The notes beneath the pieces were generated by a model. The model was not told the origin of the DNA, ran no database searches, and was given only the letters and a program-made list of their open reading frames with translations. A program made the translations under genes and the position numbers. Below are positions 23,438-32,050 of a stretch of DNA of 64,000 bases, piece by piece (positions within the stretch are counted from its first letter, which is position 1; every line of letters begins with the position of its first letter). This DNA is from an uncultured Candidatus Saccharibacteria bacterium (GTDB taxonomy: Bacteria; Patescibacteriota; Minisyncoccia; UBA6257; 1-14-0-10-40-38): the NCBI GenBank assembly GCA_964434715.1, contig CAYSWC010000003.1, positions 6,652-70,651 on the forward strand, in the 5' to 3' direction.

Positions 23438-25132
23438 TCAAGCGACTACTCCCCCCTTTATAGTGATTTTGTATTTTGACCCTATTCTATAGCCACTTCC
23501 TTTTCTTCCTTCTTCTATAACTTGTTTTCCGTCAATATTTAGATATTTTTTTATATTGCCCCTTATTTTCCCTATTTCGGTTCGTATTGACTGCTCATTC
23601 TTTCCTTCAAGGGCTAACGATATGTCTGCTGTTTGTTTATGCCCCTTGTTAGTTGCAAGATAACGGAGAAGTTTATGTCTATCGCTCTTTTCACCCATCG
23701 GATAGCAGTATTTATCTTTTGGTTCTCGCCACAAATCACCTACGGCATTGAGGTATAATTCCGAAGGATTGTTTTTTATAGATTTTATAGATGATGGTGC
23801 TTGAAATCCTGATATTTTTATTGCTGTTTCACCGACAATTTTAATCGGTAAGGCGTCCGATTCTTTTTTCTGCTCCATTTCTTTTCTTTCTTTCTCTTTC
23901 GTCTCTTTCGCTTTCTCTTTCAACTCCGAAAGGTAAAGCTGAATATCGTTTAATTTTTTCTGCTTATCTGGTTCGGCAAGAATATCACTGCCATTTACTT
24001 CCCGATAGAGCCCCTCTATATCACCATACATTGCGTTCATTTCTGGTCTTATCTTCTGCCAATTAACCCTCCCCCCTTTATCCGAATAGTATTTTTCAGC
24101 ATTAAATAGATTAGTGAAAGGCAAATAGAAAAAGTGCTCATTGCGAGAAAATGGATATGTTTCAGGCCGTGATAGCTCAAGTTCGTTTATTGTTATATTT
24201 ATAAGTTTATAGAGAAGTTGAAAATGATTGTTTAATTCTAAAGTAGGGTGGGTTGGATTTTCACAAAAGGCGAAAACAACATTCATCAATAGTTGATATG
24301 CTTTTCGGAGCAGGGAAATTTTCTCTTTATTTTCTGGTTGGCAAAGGAATTTTAGCTGTTTTTCACTTCTCCTTTCCAATCCCTGCATATACTCGTCTGC
24401 CTCAATTAGTGCTTGTATCCCCGCTTCATCTTCGTCTGCCTCCTGAAGTGCCCAGTAAGTGCCGTCATCTTCCTTATAGGCAATCCCCATATTGTCATAA
24501 CTCAAGTAGCTATTAAACTCCTTTCGTAATGCCTCGGCGGACGAGACATCTCCTTTATGCATAATCGGATGGGTCGCTTCGCCAATAATTTTAGAAAGTG
24601 TCTCCTCATCTTCTTTTTTACTGGAATTGGCAAGATAAACCAATACACCAAATATCATTCGCCATTTTGAATTTGGAACTATTAGTTCCTTATCAACACC
24701 GCAGTTCTTCAAAAACCTTATCAGGTTATTCCCAGTATCCAAATTAGCAATCTTTTGGGCAATCAACTCCAGCGTTTTTTCCCGAATAAGCGTTTTTTGT
24801 CTTTTAGGAAACTTACTTTCGTATTCTTTAAGTAAGGTTGATAATCTATCTGCGTCTTCTTTTTCAACGATTACTTCCAGTAAATAATCATCCGTATATT
24901 CTCCAGATATCTCTCCAAAGTCATCATATAGGGGGATATTATGTTCACTACTGACAGTTAATTTAAGTTCGTTCAAAATAACCATCAATAGCTTATATGG
25001 GATTTTAGGTGTGTCAGTAGTTAAGTATTTATAGGGGTGGGACTTCCCTTCGCTATCTGACCTTTCGGCTGGAGGTGCTTGTAGAATCTCTCGTATTGTT
25101 CTTATTTTTTTATCTATGCTTCGTTCAACCAT
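23438..25132 (-). CDS. Large hypothetical protein (564 aa) with C-terminal OmpR/PhoB-like winged helix
   Basis: The C-terminal ~90 aa (LLRYLATNKGHKQTADISLALEG..SIRTEIGKIRGNIKKYL..GSGYRIG) follow the trans_reg_C pattern. The remainder is unrecognised. Confidence 0.45.
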   Translation of the reverse strand: MVERSIDKKIRTIREILQAPPAERSDSEGKSHPYKYLTTDTPKIPYKLLMVILNELKLTVSSEHNIPLYDDFGEISGEYTDDYLLEVIVEKEDADRLSTLLKEYESKFPKRQKTLIREKTLELIAQKIANLDTGNNLIRFLKNCGVDKELIVPNSKWRMIFGVLVYLANSSKKEDEETLSKIIGEATHPIMHKGDVSSAEALRKEFNSYLSYDNMGIAYKEDDGTYWALQEADEDEAGIQALIEADEYMQGLERRSEKQLKFLCQPENKEKISLLRKAYQLLMNVVFAFCENPTHPTLELNNHFQLLYKLINITINELELSRPETYPFSRNEHFFYLPFTNLFNAEKYYSDKGGRVNWQKIRPEMNAMYGDIEGLYREVNGSDILAEPDKQKKLNDIQLYLSELKEKAKETKEKERKEMEQKKESDALPIKIVGETAIKISGFQAPSSIKSIKNNPSELYLNAVGDLWREPKDKYCYPMGEKSDRHKLLRYLATNKGHKQTADISLALEGKNEQSIRTEIGKIRGNIKKYLNIDGKQVIEEGRKGSGYRIGSKYKITIKGGVVA

Positions 25133-25233
25133 ATGTATGGTAATCGTAATTTTTAAGTAATTGTTTGCAGACAGTTTCCTTCTGCTGTATGCTTGATGTT
25201 AAGCAATGTGAGGTAAAAAATCAATATCAATCT

Positions 25234-25371
25234 ATGGTAATGGTAAGCGGAGGGTCATCAGACCCCGAACTTAAAAAGGAAGTAAAGAAAGGCACAAAGT
25301 GGAATATCGCAGGCGTGGTCGTTGGGTTAATCGCAATAGTCGTAACTATATTGCTGGCTATTTTTCTATGA
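25234..25371 (+). CDS. Possible small membrane peptide (45 aa)
   Basis: MVMVSGGSSDPELKK..WNIAGVVVGLIAIVVTILLAIFL has one TM helix. No good RBS. Confidence 0.25.
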   Translation: MVMVSGGSSDPELKKEVKKGTKWNIAGVVVGLIAIVVTILLAIFL

Positions 25372-25553
25372 GCAAAAAACTTCCAGAATTACTAACCCTC
25401 CGAGAAGCGTGTGGTATTTTGAAGTGCCACCCGAACACTCTGCGGCAGTGGGACAAGAAGGGCATTTTAATCGCTGTCCGTTTTGGCGAGAGAAAAGATA
25501 GGCGTTATCGCAAAGAAGATATTTTTAAGTTATTAAATCAGAAAAAACGATGA
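25368..25553 (+). CDS. MerR/excisionase-type HTH protein (61 aa), candidate controller of the R-M genes
   Basis: ATG at 25368. LLTLREACGILKCHPNTLRQWDKKGILIAVRFGERKDRRYRKEDI is an HTH_17-like pattern. Confidence 0.7.
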   Translation: MSKKLPELLTLREACGILKCHPNTLRQWDKKGILIAVRFGERKDRRYRKEDIFKLLNQKKR

Positions 25554-25608
25554 CATAAATTTTTATTACAACTTGCCTAAACCTTTAACGAGGCATGGCA
25601 CAAAAAAT

Positions 25609-25752
25609 CCACTGCGACATAGAGACGGCCACCCGTCTCCCATCATGTCGCAGTGGTCGGTAGCCCGAAAGGGTTATCGGGCAGTTCCGAAAGGAGCTGT
25701 CGGGGGTAACGGATGGCCTTTTCTGTTACTCCAAGAAAAAACCACTGCGACA
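25609..25752 (+). promoter_or_regulatory. Highly structured leader / operator region upstream of mod
   Basis: 12-bp stem CCACTGCGACAT (25609-25620) / ATGTCGCAGTGG (25645-25656) enclosing GAGACGG-CCAC-CCGTCTC. Two GAAA-tetraloop hairpins follow. CCACTGCGACA is repeated at 25741-25751 just before the mod ATG. Confidence 0.5.
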
Positions 25753-25754
25753 AT

Positions 25755-27254
25755 ATGAGTAAAAAAATAGATTTGCAATCGGCTCTTACACCAGCCGATA
25801 TAAAATTAACGCAAAAACTTCTTAAGGAGAATGAAGCTCTTAAGAAGGAAATTAAACATCTCAAATCACGCAAAAAGTATGGTCTTGTTTGGGATAGCGA
25901 AAAAGAGCCAGAAAAAGTAGTTGAGCTGTGCAAAGACAAATTACCTGTTCTGGCCGAAGACCAAGACAGAGAGATTGAAACGGATAAAGAGAAGCCCGTG
26001 AATGTTCTCATTGAGGGTGATAATTACCATGCCCTCTCTGTCTTAAATTACACTCATAACGAAAAAATAGATTTGATTTACATAGACCCGCCCTACAACA
26101 CTGGGAGCGAGGGTTTTATGTATAACGACAAAATTGTAAATCGTGAGGACTCATACAGGCACAGCAAATGGATTAACTTTATGGATAAGAGGTTGCGGCT
26201 GGCTAAAAATCTCCTGAAAAAAGATGGGGTAATTTTAATAAATATAGACGATAACGAGATAGCTCAACTTAAATTGCTGTGCGATGAAATCCTCGGCGAG
26301 GATTACTTCAGAAACACTGTAATTTGGTCATATCGCACTGGTGGAGCACCGCATAAAAATGACGCTTTCTCCAGAAAGCACGACTATATCCTTTTATATT
26401 CTCGCTCAAAAGAATACTTTTTTAATAGATTTAAGGAGAAAATTCCCTACGAAAAAGATTTTTTCGGTGCGAAAAAAGATGAGACGGGCAAGTTTTATGC
26501 TGATGTAAATTTGCGAGATGTAATTGAGGGCGACATCATCCTTTTCAAAGACGGTAAAGAGTATAAGAAGATAAGCGTTAAACCAGTTCTCAATTTATCC
26601 AGCGAAAGAGTTGAGGATTTCCCAACCCAAAAACCTATCGGGTTAATTAAGTATTTTCTTGAGATATTAAGCAGACCCAATGCGACTATTTTGGATTTTT
26701 TTGCTGGTTCGGGTAGCACTGGACACGCTGTTTTGGATTTGAATAAAGAAAATAAAGACAAACGACAATTTATTTTATGCACAAATGACGAGAACAATAT
26801 CTGCACAAAAGTATGCTATCCGAGATTAAAAAGAAATATCGTTGGCTTCGCAAAGGACAATGGCAAAAAAGTTGCTGGTCTCGGCGGCAATCTTAAATAC
26901 TTCAAAACCGATTTTGTTGATAACGCCACAACCGATAAAAATAAGAAAAAGCTCGTTGATAAATCAACCGAAATGCTCTGCCTGAAAGAAGATTGTTTTG
27001 AAAAAGTGAAATCGGGCAAGAGCTTCAATGTTTTCAAAAACCCCAAAGAAAAATATCTCGGCATAATTTATGACGATGATGGCATTGAGGGTTTTAAGAA
27101 AGAAGCGAAAAAGCTCAACAAAAACTTCTCGGTCTATGTTTTCTCGCTTGATGATAGTGCGAGAGAGGAAGAATTTGAGGACATCAAAGATTTGGTTGAA
27201 TTAAAGCCAATTCCTGCGGTCATATTAAATGTCTATAAACGCATATTCAAATGA
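25755..27254 (+). CDS. mod: Type III restriction-modification methyltransferase (Mod)
   Basis: ATG at 25755 (MSKKIDLQ). DPPY motif in IYIDPPYNT precedes the AdoMet motif FFAGSGSTG (beta-class order). Overlaps res by 4 nt. Confidence 0.85.
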   Translation: MSKKIDLQSALTPADIKLTQKLLKENEALKKEIKHLKSRKKYGLVWDSEKEPEKVVELCKDKLPVLAEDQDREIETDKEKPVNVLIEGDNYHALSVLNYTHNEKIDLIYIDPPYNTGSEGFMYNDKIVNREDSYRHSKWINFMDKRLRLAKNLLKKDGVILINIDDNEIAQLKLLCDEILGEDYFRNTVIWSYRTGGAPHKNDAFSRKHDYILLYSRSKEYFFNRFKEKIPYEKDFFGAKKDETGKFYADVNLRDVIEGDIILFKDGKEYKKISVKPVLNLSSERVEDFPTQKPIGLIKYFLEILSRPNATILDFFAGSGSTGHAVLDLNKENKDKRQFILCTNDENNICTKVCYPRLKRNIVGFAKDNGKKVAGLGGNLKYFKTDFVDNATTDKNKKKLVDKSTEMLCLKEDCFEKVKSGKSFNVFKNPKEKYLGIIYDDDGIEGFKKEAKKLNKNFSVYVFSLDDSAREEEFEDIKDLVELKPIPAVILNVYKRIFK

Positions 27255-29437
27255 TTAAACTAAAAGATTACCAACAACAGGCGGCAGACAATCTGCACCG
27301 AAAAATAGAGAACTCGTTGCGGTCATCCGAAAACGAGGTGGTTATTTTTCAAGCCCCCACTGGTTCGGGCAAAACCGTTATGGTGTCAGAGATGTTGAGG
27401 GAGCTTGTGAGAGGACGAAAGGACGACAAAAAGTTTTCATTCGTTTGGATTTCAGTAAGGATGTTGCACGAACAGAGCAAAGAAAAACTGGAGAAATACT
27501 ACGAAGACGATGGAACTCTTAAATGCTCATATTTTGAAGATTTGGAAGACAGAAAAATTGCTGAAAACGAAATCCTGTTTATTAACTGGCATAGTATAAA
27601 CAAAAAAGATATTAACATTTTTGTCAGAGAAAACGAGCAGGACAATAACCTCAACACCATCATTAAAAGAACTAAAGATGATGGCAGGATAATTGTTTTA
27701 ATCATAGACGAGAGCCATCACACGGCTGGCTCGGAGAAGTCCAGAGAACTGATTGAGGTTATTAGCCCGAAGGTAACTTTAGAGGTTTCCGCCACGCCGC
27801 ACTTGGAAGAAAGTGCCGCCGAAAAAGAAAAAGTCCGTCTGTCCGATGTTAAGGCGGAAGAAATGATTAAATCCGAAATATCCGTAAATCCAGAATTTCT
27901 GGATATTAAAGTTGGCACGAAAAGCTCTAATGAGATTGTCATTGAGGAAGCTCTTAAAAAGCGAGAGGAGCTGGCCAAGATGTATAAGCAAGAAAAGGCG
28001 AAAATAAACCCGTTAATGCTTATTCAGCTTCCCGATAACAAAGCTGGCCTCACGAGCAAGAAAGAGGAAGTGATAAAGATTTTGGATAAAAGAGGTATAA
28101 CAGAAAAGAACGGCAAGCTCGCAATATGGTTGTCCGAGGATAAATCTGAAACCCTGCCGAACATTGAAAAGAACGAAAACGAGGTTGAGATTTTGATATT
28201 CAAGCAAGCCATTGCTCTTGGTTGGGATTGCCCCAGAGCTTCAATTCTGGTTATTTTCAGGGAGTCAAAGAGTTTTACTTTCACTATCCAAACAATCGGC
28301 AGGATAATGCGTATGCCAGAGCTGAAGTATTACTCAAAAGAGCCAGAACTTAATAAGGGCTTTGTTTTCACGAATTTAGCGAAGATAGAAGTTACAGAAG
28401 AATATGCAAAAGATTATGTTACGCAATACGAAGCAAAAAGAGATAATAAGCTCTATAAAAGATTTACTCTGCCCTCAATCTACTTGAGGCGGCAAAGAGA
28501 GCGAACCCGCTTATCGGGGGAGTTTGGCAAATTCTTTTCGGCTATTGCAAAAAGCAATGGTTTGCAACAAAAAGTAAATCCCAAGCCATCAAAAATTATC
28601 AGCCCCATAATCGCCGAAGGCAAAATTGTTGATATTGATAAATCTGGCGAGATAGAACACAAAGGCACAATCAACATAGCTCTAAACGAAAAAGAACTAC
28701 AAGAAAAGTTTGATAAGTTTATCGTCCAAAATTGCACTCCTTACGCTCCCGCCGACTCCAGCGACAGAATGAAAACCGCACTTTACCAGTTTTTCAATCA
28801 AGAGTTTGGTTTTGCAAAATATGACCCGAAAGTGCAGGCCATAGTGCTTGGCCAAGAAAATGTCCAGCTTTTTATAGACACTATCAATCTGGCAAAGGAG
28901 AAATACAAAAAAGAGGTTGTTGAGAAGCTGGCCGAGAAAAGAGAGCTAACCGAAACGCCAGAGTGGGAAGTGCCGATTGTTATTACTTACAACAGCCGAT
29001 ACCAGCAGGAAGACCAGCCGCTATCCGTTATGAAGCCGTTTTATACAGCCAAGCAGAGCGAGCCAGAAAAATTGTTTATTGAGTTTTTGAATGGTTCAAA
29101 AAAGGTTAAGTGGTGGTTTAAGAACGGCGAAGGAGAAATAAAGTATTTTGCCGTGTTAAGGCCAGATGACCAAGCGTTTTATCCCGATTTTATTATTCAG
29201 CTTAAAGATGGGACGATAGCGATATTTGATACGAAATCAGGGAGAACCGCCGAAACTGGAGACGCCGCACCCAGAGCCGAGGCATTGCAGAAGTTTATCA
29301 AGAAGCAAAATAAGAGCGGCAAAAAGTTAATAGGCGGAATTGCCATTTATGTTAATGGCACTTGGCGATACAACGACAACGAAAAATACGAATATAACCA
29401 GAAGGACTTATCAAAGTGGAAGGTTTTAGATTTATAA
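27251..29437 (+). CDS. res: Type III restriction enzyme Res subunit (helicase plus PD-(D/E)xK nuclease)
   Basis: SF2 motifs APTGSGKT and IIDESHH. C-terminal nuclease-like YPDFII..IFDTKSG. Confidence 0.85.
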   Translation: MIKLKDYQQQAADNLHRKIENSLRSSENEVVIFQAPTGSGKTVMVSEMLRELVRGRKDDKKFSFVWISVRMLHEQSKEKLEKYYEDDGTLKCSYFEDLEDRKIAENEILFINWHSINKKDINIFVRENEQDNNLNTIIKRTKDDGRIIVLIIDESHHTAGSEKSRELIEVISPKVTLEVSATPHLEESAAEKEKVRLSDVKAEEMIKSEISVNPEFLDIKVGTKSSNEIVIEEALKKREELAKMYKQEKAKINPLMLIQLPDNKAGLTSKKEEVIKILDKRGITEKNGKLAIWLSEDKSETLPNIEKNENEVEILIFKQAIALGWDCPRASILVIFRESKSFTFTIQTIGRIMRMPELKYYSKEPELNKGFVFTNLAKIEVTEEYAKDYVTQYEAKRDNKLYKRFTLPSIYLRRQRERTRLSGEFGKFFSAIAKSNGLQQKVNPKPSKIISPIIAEGKIVDIDKSGEIEHKGTINIALNEKELQEKFDKFIVQNCTPYAPADSSDRMKTALYQFFNQEFGFAKYDPKVQAIVLGQENVQLFIDTINLAKEKYKKEVVEKLAEKRELTETPEWEVPIVITYNSRYQQEDQPLSVMKPFYTAKQSEPEKLFIEFLNGSKKVKWWFKNGEGEIKYFAVLRPDDQAFYPDFIIQLKDGTIAIFDTKSGRTAETGDAAPRAEALQKFIKKQNKSGKKLIGGIAIYVNGTWRYNDNEKYEYNQKDLSKWKVLDL

Positions 29438-29440
29438 TTT

Positions 29441-29800
29441 ATGTTAAACTTTAATCCTAAAAAGTGCCTTTGCAATGTTGCTGATTGTGGTAAATGCTTA
29501 ACTTTGGGGTGCACGGATGATAGTTGTAGCACTCACCGCATAGTAACAAAATGGCGGTATAGAAAACGCCTTTTAGAAAGTTTAAGAAGTGATGTTGGAA
29601 AGTGGTGCACTGATTATAGTTGTAACATTCACCGCATAACAACAAAAAGGCGGTCTATAAAATACCCTTTGAAAGTTTTGTTGCGGAGTATGGTCGGGGG
29701 GATTAAATCAAAAAGAGAAGCGGCGACTTTGAGAAAAGATATAAAAACCTGCGAAGAAGAAATTAAGCGGTTGAGCGAGGTTATGAGTATCAAACAATAA
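29441..29800 (+). CDS. Cys-rich hypothetical protein with internal duplication (119 aa)
   Basis: Two copies of C-[TD]-D-x-S-C-x-x-H-R-I-x-T-K-x-R (CTDDSCSTHRIVTKWR / CTDYSCNIHRITTKRR). Starts 4 nt after the res stop. Confidence 0.5.
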   Translation: MLNFNPKKCLCNVADCGKCLTLGCTDDSCSTHRIVTKWRYRKRLLESLRSDVGKWCTDYSCNIHRITTKRRSIKYPLKVLLRSMVGGIKSKREAATLRKDIKTCEEEIKRLSEVMSIKQ

Positions 29801-29823
29801 TGAGCAGTAAGGTTGAGTAAAAA

Positions 29824-30099
29824 ATGATTATGAAAAAGAAACCAAAAGTTGAGATAACCGAAATCACCTCTGATAAGAAAATCTCCTTTAGGCAATTTAA
29901 GGCGGCAAATAAAGAAGAACTGCTAACTCACGCCATTGCTAAAAAACAACTGATTTCTAATGGCACATTCACCCGCTCCAAGCTCCAAAAGCTCGTTGAT
30001 GAAAAGGAACTTCACGAGGTTGTATTCGCTGGTGCGATTTACTTTGAAAGAGATGAGGTCTCAAGTTATCTTAAAAACTTAATTAGTAAAAAGAAGTAG
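29824..30099 (+). CDS. Hypothetical protein (91 aa), possibly DNA-binding
   Basis: ORF only. The C-terminal AIYFERDEVSSYL resembles excisionase-type HTH tails. Confidence 0.35.
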   Translation: MIMKKKPKVEITEITSDKKISFRQFKAANKEELLTHAIAKKQLISNGTFTRSKLQKLVDEKELHEVVFAGAIYFERDEVSSYLKNLISKKK

Positions 30100-30135
30100 T
30101 GAGTAGTAGTGGGATAAAATAATAATAATTTCTAA

Positions 30136-30330
30136 ATGGAAAATACTGATATTACACTTGAAAAAAGAGTAAAGATTGTTATGGGAGCGTTTACTGTCCT
30201 TGTTTTATTTCTAATTTATCATCTCGCAGTTTTAATGTCGGTAGCACCCGACTTTCTTGAAGCGAAAATTGCTCACGCCCCTACGCCACAATGGGCTGAT
30301 ATACAAAACCTAATGGAGGCGATGAAATAG
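30136..30330 (+). CDS. Small membrane protein (64 aa)
   Basis: One TM helix (IVMGAFTVLVLFLIYHLAVLM). Confidence 0.4.
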   Translation: MENTDITLEKRVKIVMGAFTVLVLFLIYHLAVLMSVAPDFLEAKIAHAPTPQWADIQNLMEAMK

Positions 30331-30378
30331 TAAGTAGCGAGGTGGGGTAAATTTCTGGTATGATGGGACTTATTGACT

Positions 30379-30873
30379 ATGGAGCAAAAAGATATAAAAC
30401 AGCTTATCAAGGCAATAATAGCAGTTGGGGTGTTGTTGTTGCTTATTGTTATCGTCAAGCCGCAAAACTACATAAAGATTTCAGACAACCCACCCGCCGA
30501 AAAGAAACCCAAACCCCTAGACAACGGATGTTTTATTTTCTTAACATTGAGCCAGCATGGGGACATTAACCTGCCAGTAGGGACGATTTTTGGCTACCCA
30601 ACCGAAACTCACGGCAACATTTACGACATTATCAGAGACGACACCTTTATAATGTCCGCTTACCTCATAGAAAGTTTTGAGAAGGATTTTAGGTGTTTTG
30701 AGACAGAGGAAGAAGCAGTGGCGGCGGGCTATACGAAGTTTTTAACTGACCAAGCGGCACGCAAGAAAAGGCGAGAAGAAGCAAAGAAATTCTTGGATGA
30801 ACTGCGGGAAGGGGGCAGTGCAACTGACACAGCTAAAACATTACAATCCATAGACGCTATGATTGGTTTTTGA
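30379..30873 (+). CDS. Membrane-anchored hypothetical protein, paralog 1
   Basis: ATG at 30379 (MEQKDIK). Shares SQHGDINLPVGTIFGYP..NIYDIIRDDTFIMSAY..KDFRCF.TEEEA..GY.KFL..QAARKK with the next gene. Confidence 0.55.
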   Translation: MEQKDIKQLIKAIIAVGVLLLLIVIVKPQNYIKISDNPPAEKKPKPLDNGCFIFLTLSQHGDINLPVGTIFGYPTETHGNIYDIIRDDTFIMSAYLIESFEKDFRCFETEEEAVAAGYTKFLTDQAARKKRREEAKKFLDELREGGSATDTAKTLQSIDAMIGF

Positions 30874-30916
30874 AGAAATAGTGAGTATGAGTAGCAGGGT
30901 GGGGTAAAATAAAACT

Positions 30917-31390
30917 ATGACCATAAAAAGATTTATCGTGCTGTTCATCTACGCCATTTCAGCGATGTTTGTTTTAGTTATTGTTCTGACTATTTGGAGT
31001 TCAGAGCCAACAGGACAATACGCCGAGCATATACCTGATAATAATTGCCCTGTTTTCTACACAGAAAGCCAACACGGAGACATTAACCTTCCAGTAGGGA
31101 CAATTTTCGGATACCCAGCTAAATCTGGTGAAAACATTTACGACATTATCAGAGACGACACCTTTATAATGTCCGCCTACTTCATAAACAGTTTCAATAA
31201 GGATTTTAGATGTTTTAAGACCGAGGAAGAAGCTATAGCAATGGGCTATAAGAAATTTTTAAGTAATCAGGCGGCTCGGAAAAAAGCGAGGACTGAAGCC
31301 GAGGAGCGGCTGAATAAGCCGTGGGGAGAACGCAACACAACCGACACCACTCAAATATTGCGAGACATAGACGCTATGATTGGTCTTTGA
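30917..31390 (+). CDS. Membrane-anchored hypothetical protein, paralog 2
   Basis: See 30379-30873. Both end with ..DIDAMIG[FL]. Confidence 0.55.
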   Translation: MTIKRFIVLFIYAISAMFVLVIVLTIWSSEPTGQYAEHIPDNNCPVFYTESQHGDINLPVGTIFGYPAKSGENIYDIIRDDTFIMSAYFINSFNKDFRCFKTEEEAIAMGYKKFLSNQAARKKARTEAEERLNKPWGERNTTDTTQILRDIDAMIGL

Positions 31391-31486
31391 AACAATAGTG
31401 AGTTGAGGGGTAGGGTAAGTTTGCGTTTTATCTTCGCAGGTGATAACCTAAAATCACAATGCAACTACAATCGTTTAGAAGATAAA

Positions 31487-31536
31487 AACCGCCAAAAAAA
31501 ACAACCTTATCAAGTTGTGCTTCTTGGCGGTTTTTT
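31487..31536 (+). terminator. Two-tier hairpin terminator
   Basis: AACCGCCAA..ACAAC-cttatcaa-GTTGT..TTGGCGGTT followed by TTTTTT. Confidence 0.7.
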
Positions 31537-31544
31537 ATTTATTT

Positions 31545-31615
31545 GCCCTCGTAACTCATCGGTAGAGTGCTGGTCTGAAAAGCCAGATAAGTTGGTTCAA
31601 CTCCAACCGAGGGCA
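31545..31615 (+). tRNA. tRNA-Phe (anticodon GAA), second copy with different sequence
   Basis: Acceptor GCCCTCG/CGAGGGC, D arm ACTC-ATCGGTA-GAGT, anticodon arm CTGGT-CTGAAAA-GCCAG (A37), T arm GTTGG-TTCAACT-CCAAC. Confidence 0.85.
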
Positions 31616-31618
31616 CAC

Positions 31619-31691
31619 GCCCTTGTAGCTCAATGGATAGAGCGAGCGTTTTCTGAACGCACGGTTGCGGGTTCAAATCCTGCCGAGGGCA
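31619..31691 (+). tRNA. tRNA, probably Arg (anticodon TCT), second copy
   Basis: Acceptor GCCCTTG/CGAGGGC, D arm GCTC-AATGGATA-GAGC, anticodon loop TTTCTGA (TCT with G37), T arm GCGGG-TTCAAAT-CCTGC. Confidence 0.7.
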
Positions 31692-31818
31692 CTATCAAAG
31701 TTTCTCAAATCGGGTATGTAGATATACTCATTTTGTCGTTGTATAATGGTTCTAACATCCTCTACGATTTGACCCCTAAAGGAAGCAGGAGGCGCGTCAC
31801 TCATGTTAAAATATAACC

Positions 31819-31995
31819 ATGTCTTTGCAAGTTCTCTTGGGTATTGATTTAATGCTCCTGCTCCTCGGGCTCTATATTTGGATTATTACGCCCCGAGTTG
31901 AGGAAAACCTGCGGGCGCTTAGCCGCAATATCTTTTTAATTTGTTTGGTGATAGCCATTATTTTACTGATTGTCAGATACTTTAGGGTCAATTAA
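31819..31995 (+). CDS. Small two-TM membrane protein (58 aa, below the ORF-track cutoff)
   Basis: My translation: MSLQVLLGIDLMLLLLGLYIWIITPRVEENLRALSRNIFLICLVIAIILLIVRYFRVN. Followed by a hairpin plus T-run near 32015-32048. Confidence 0.4.
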   Translation: MSLQVLLGIDLMLLLLGLYIWIITPRVEENLRALSRNIFLICLVIAIILLIVRYFRVN

Positions 31996-32050
31996 CGAGA
32001 AACCCATTTTAAAAAAATCGCCCCAGCCAAGGCGGAGCGATTTTTTTTGA

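Larger units (their letters stand above)
20101..31540. mobile_element. Integrative element inserted next to tRNA-His (right boundary uncertain)
   Basis: Large serine recombinase abutting the tRNA 3' end, then excisionase-type HTH, Rep-like gene, type III R-M and a small-gene array. The right end is placed at the terminator 31487-31536, before two further tRNAs. Confidence 0.6.

Noticed and set aside
25755-27254. Phase-variable simple-sequence repeat in the type III mod gene
   Set aside because: Only a 7-nt A-run lies near the start, and I saw no long tetranucleotide, pentanucleotide or homopolymer tract. Phase variation is not supported by the sequence.
31403-31816. 137-aa plus-strand ORF
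   Set aside because: It spans a terminator and two tRNA genes (31545-31691), so it is not coding.
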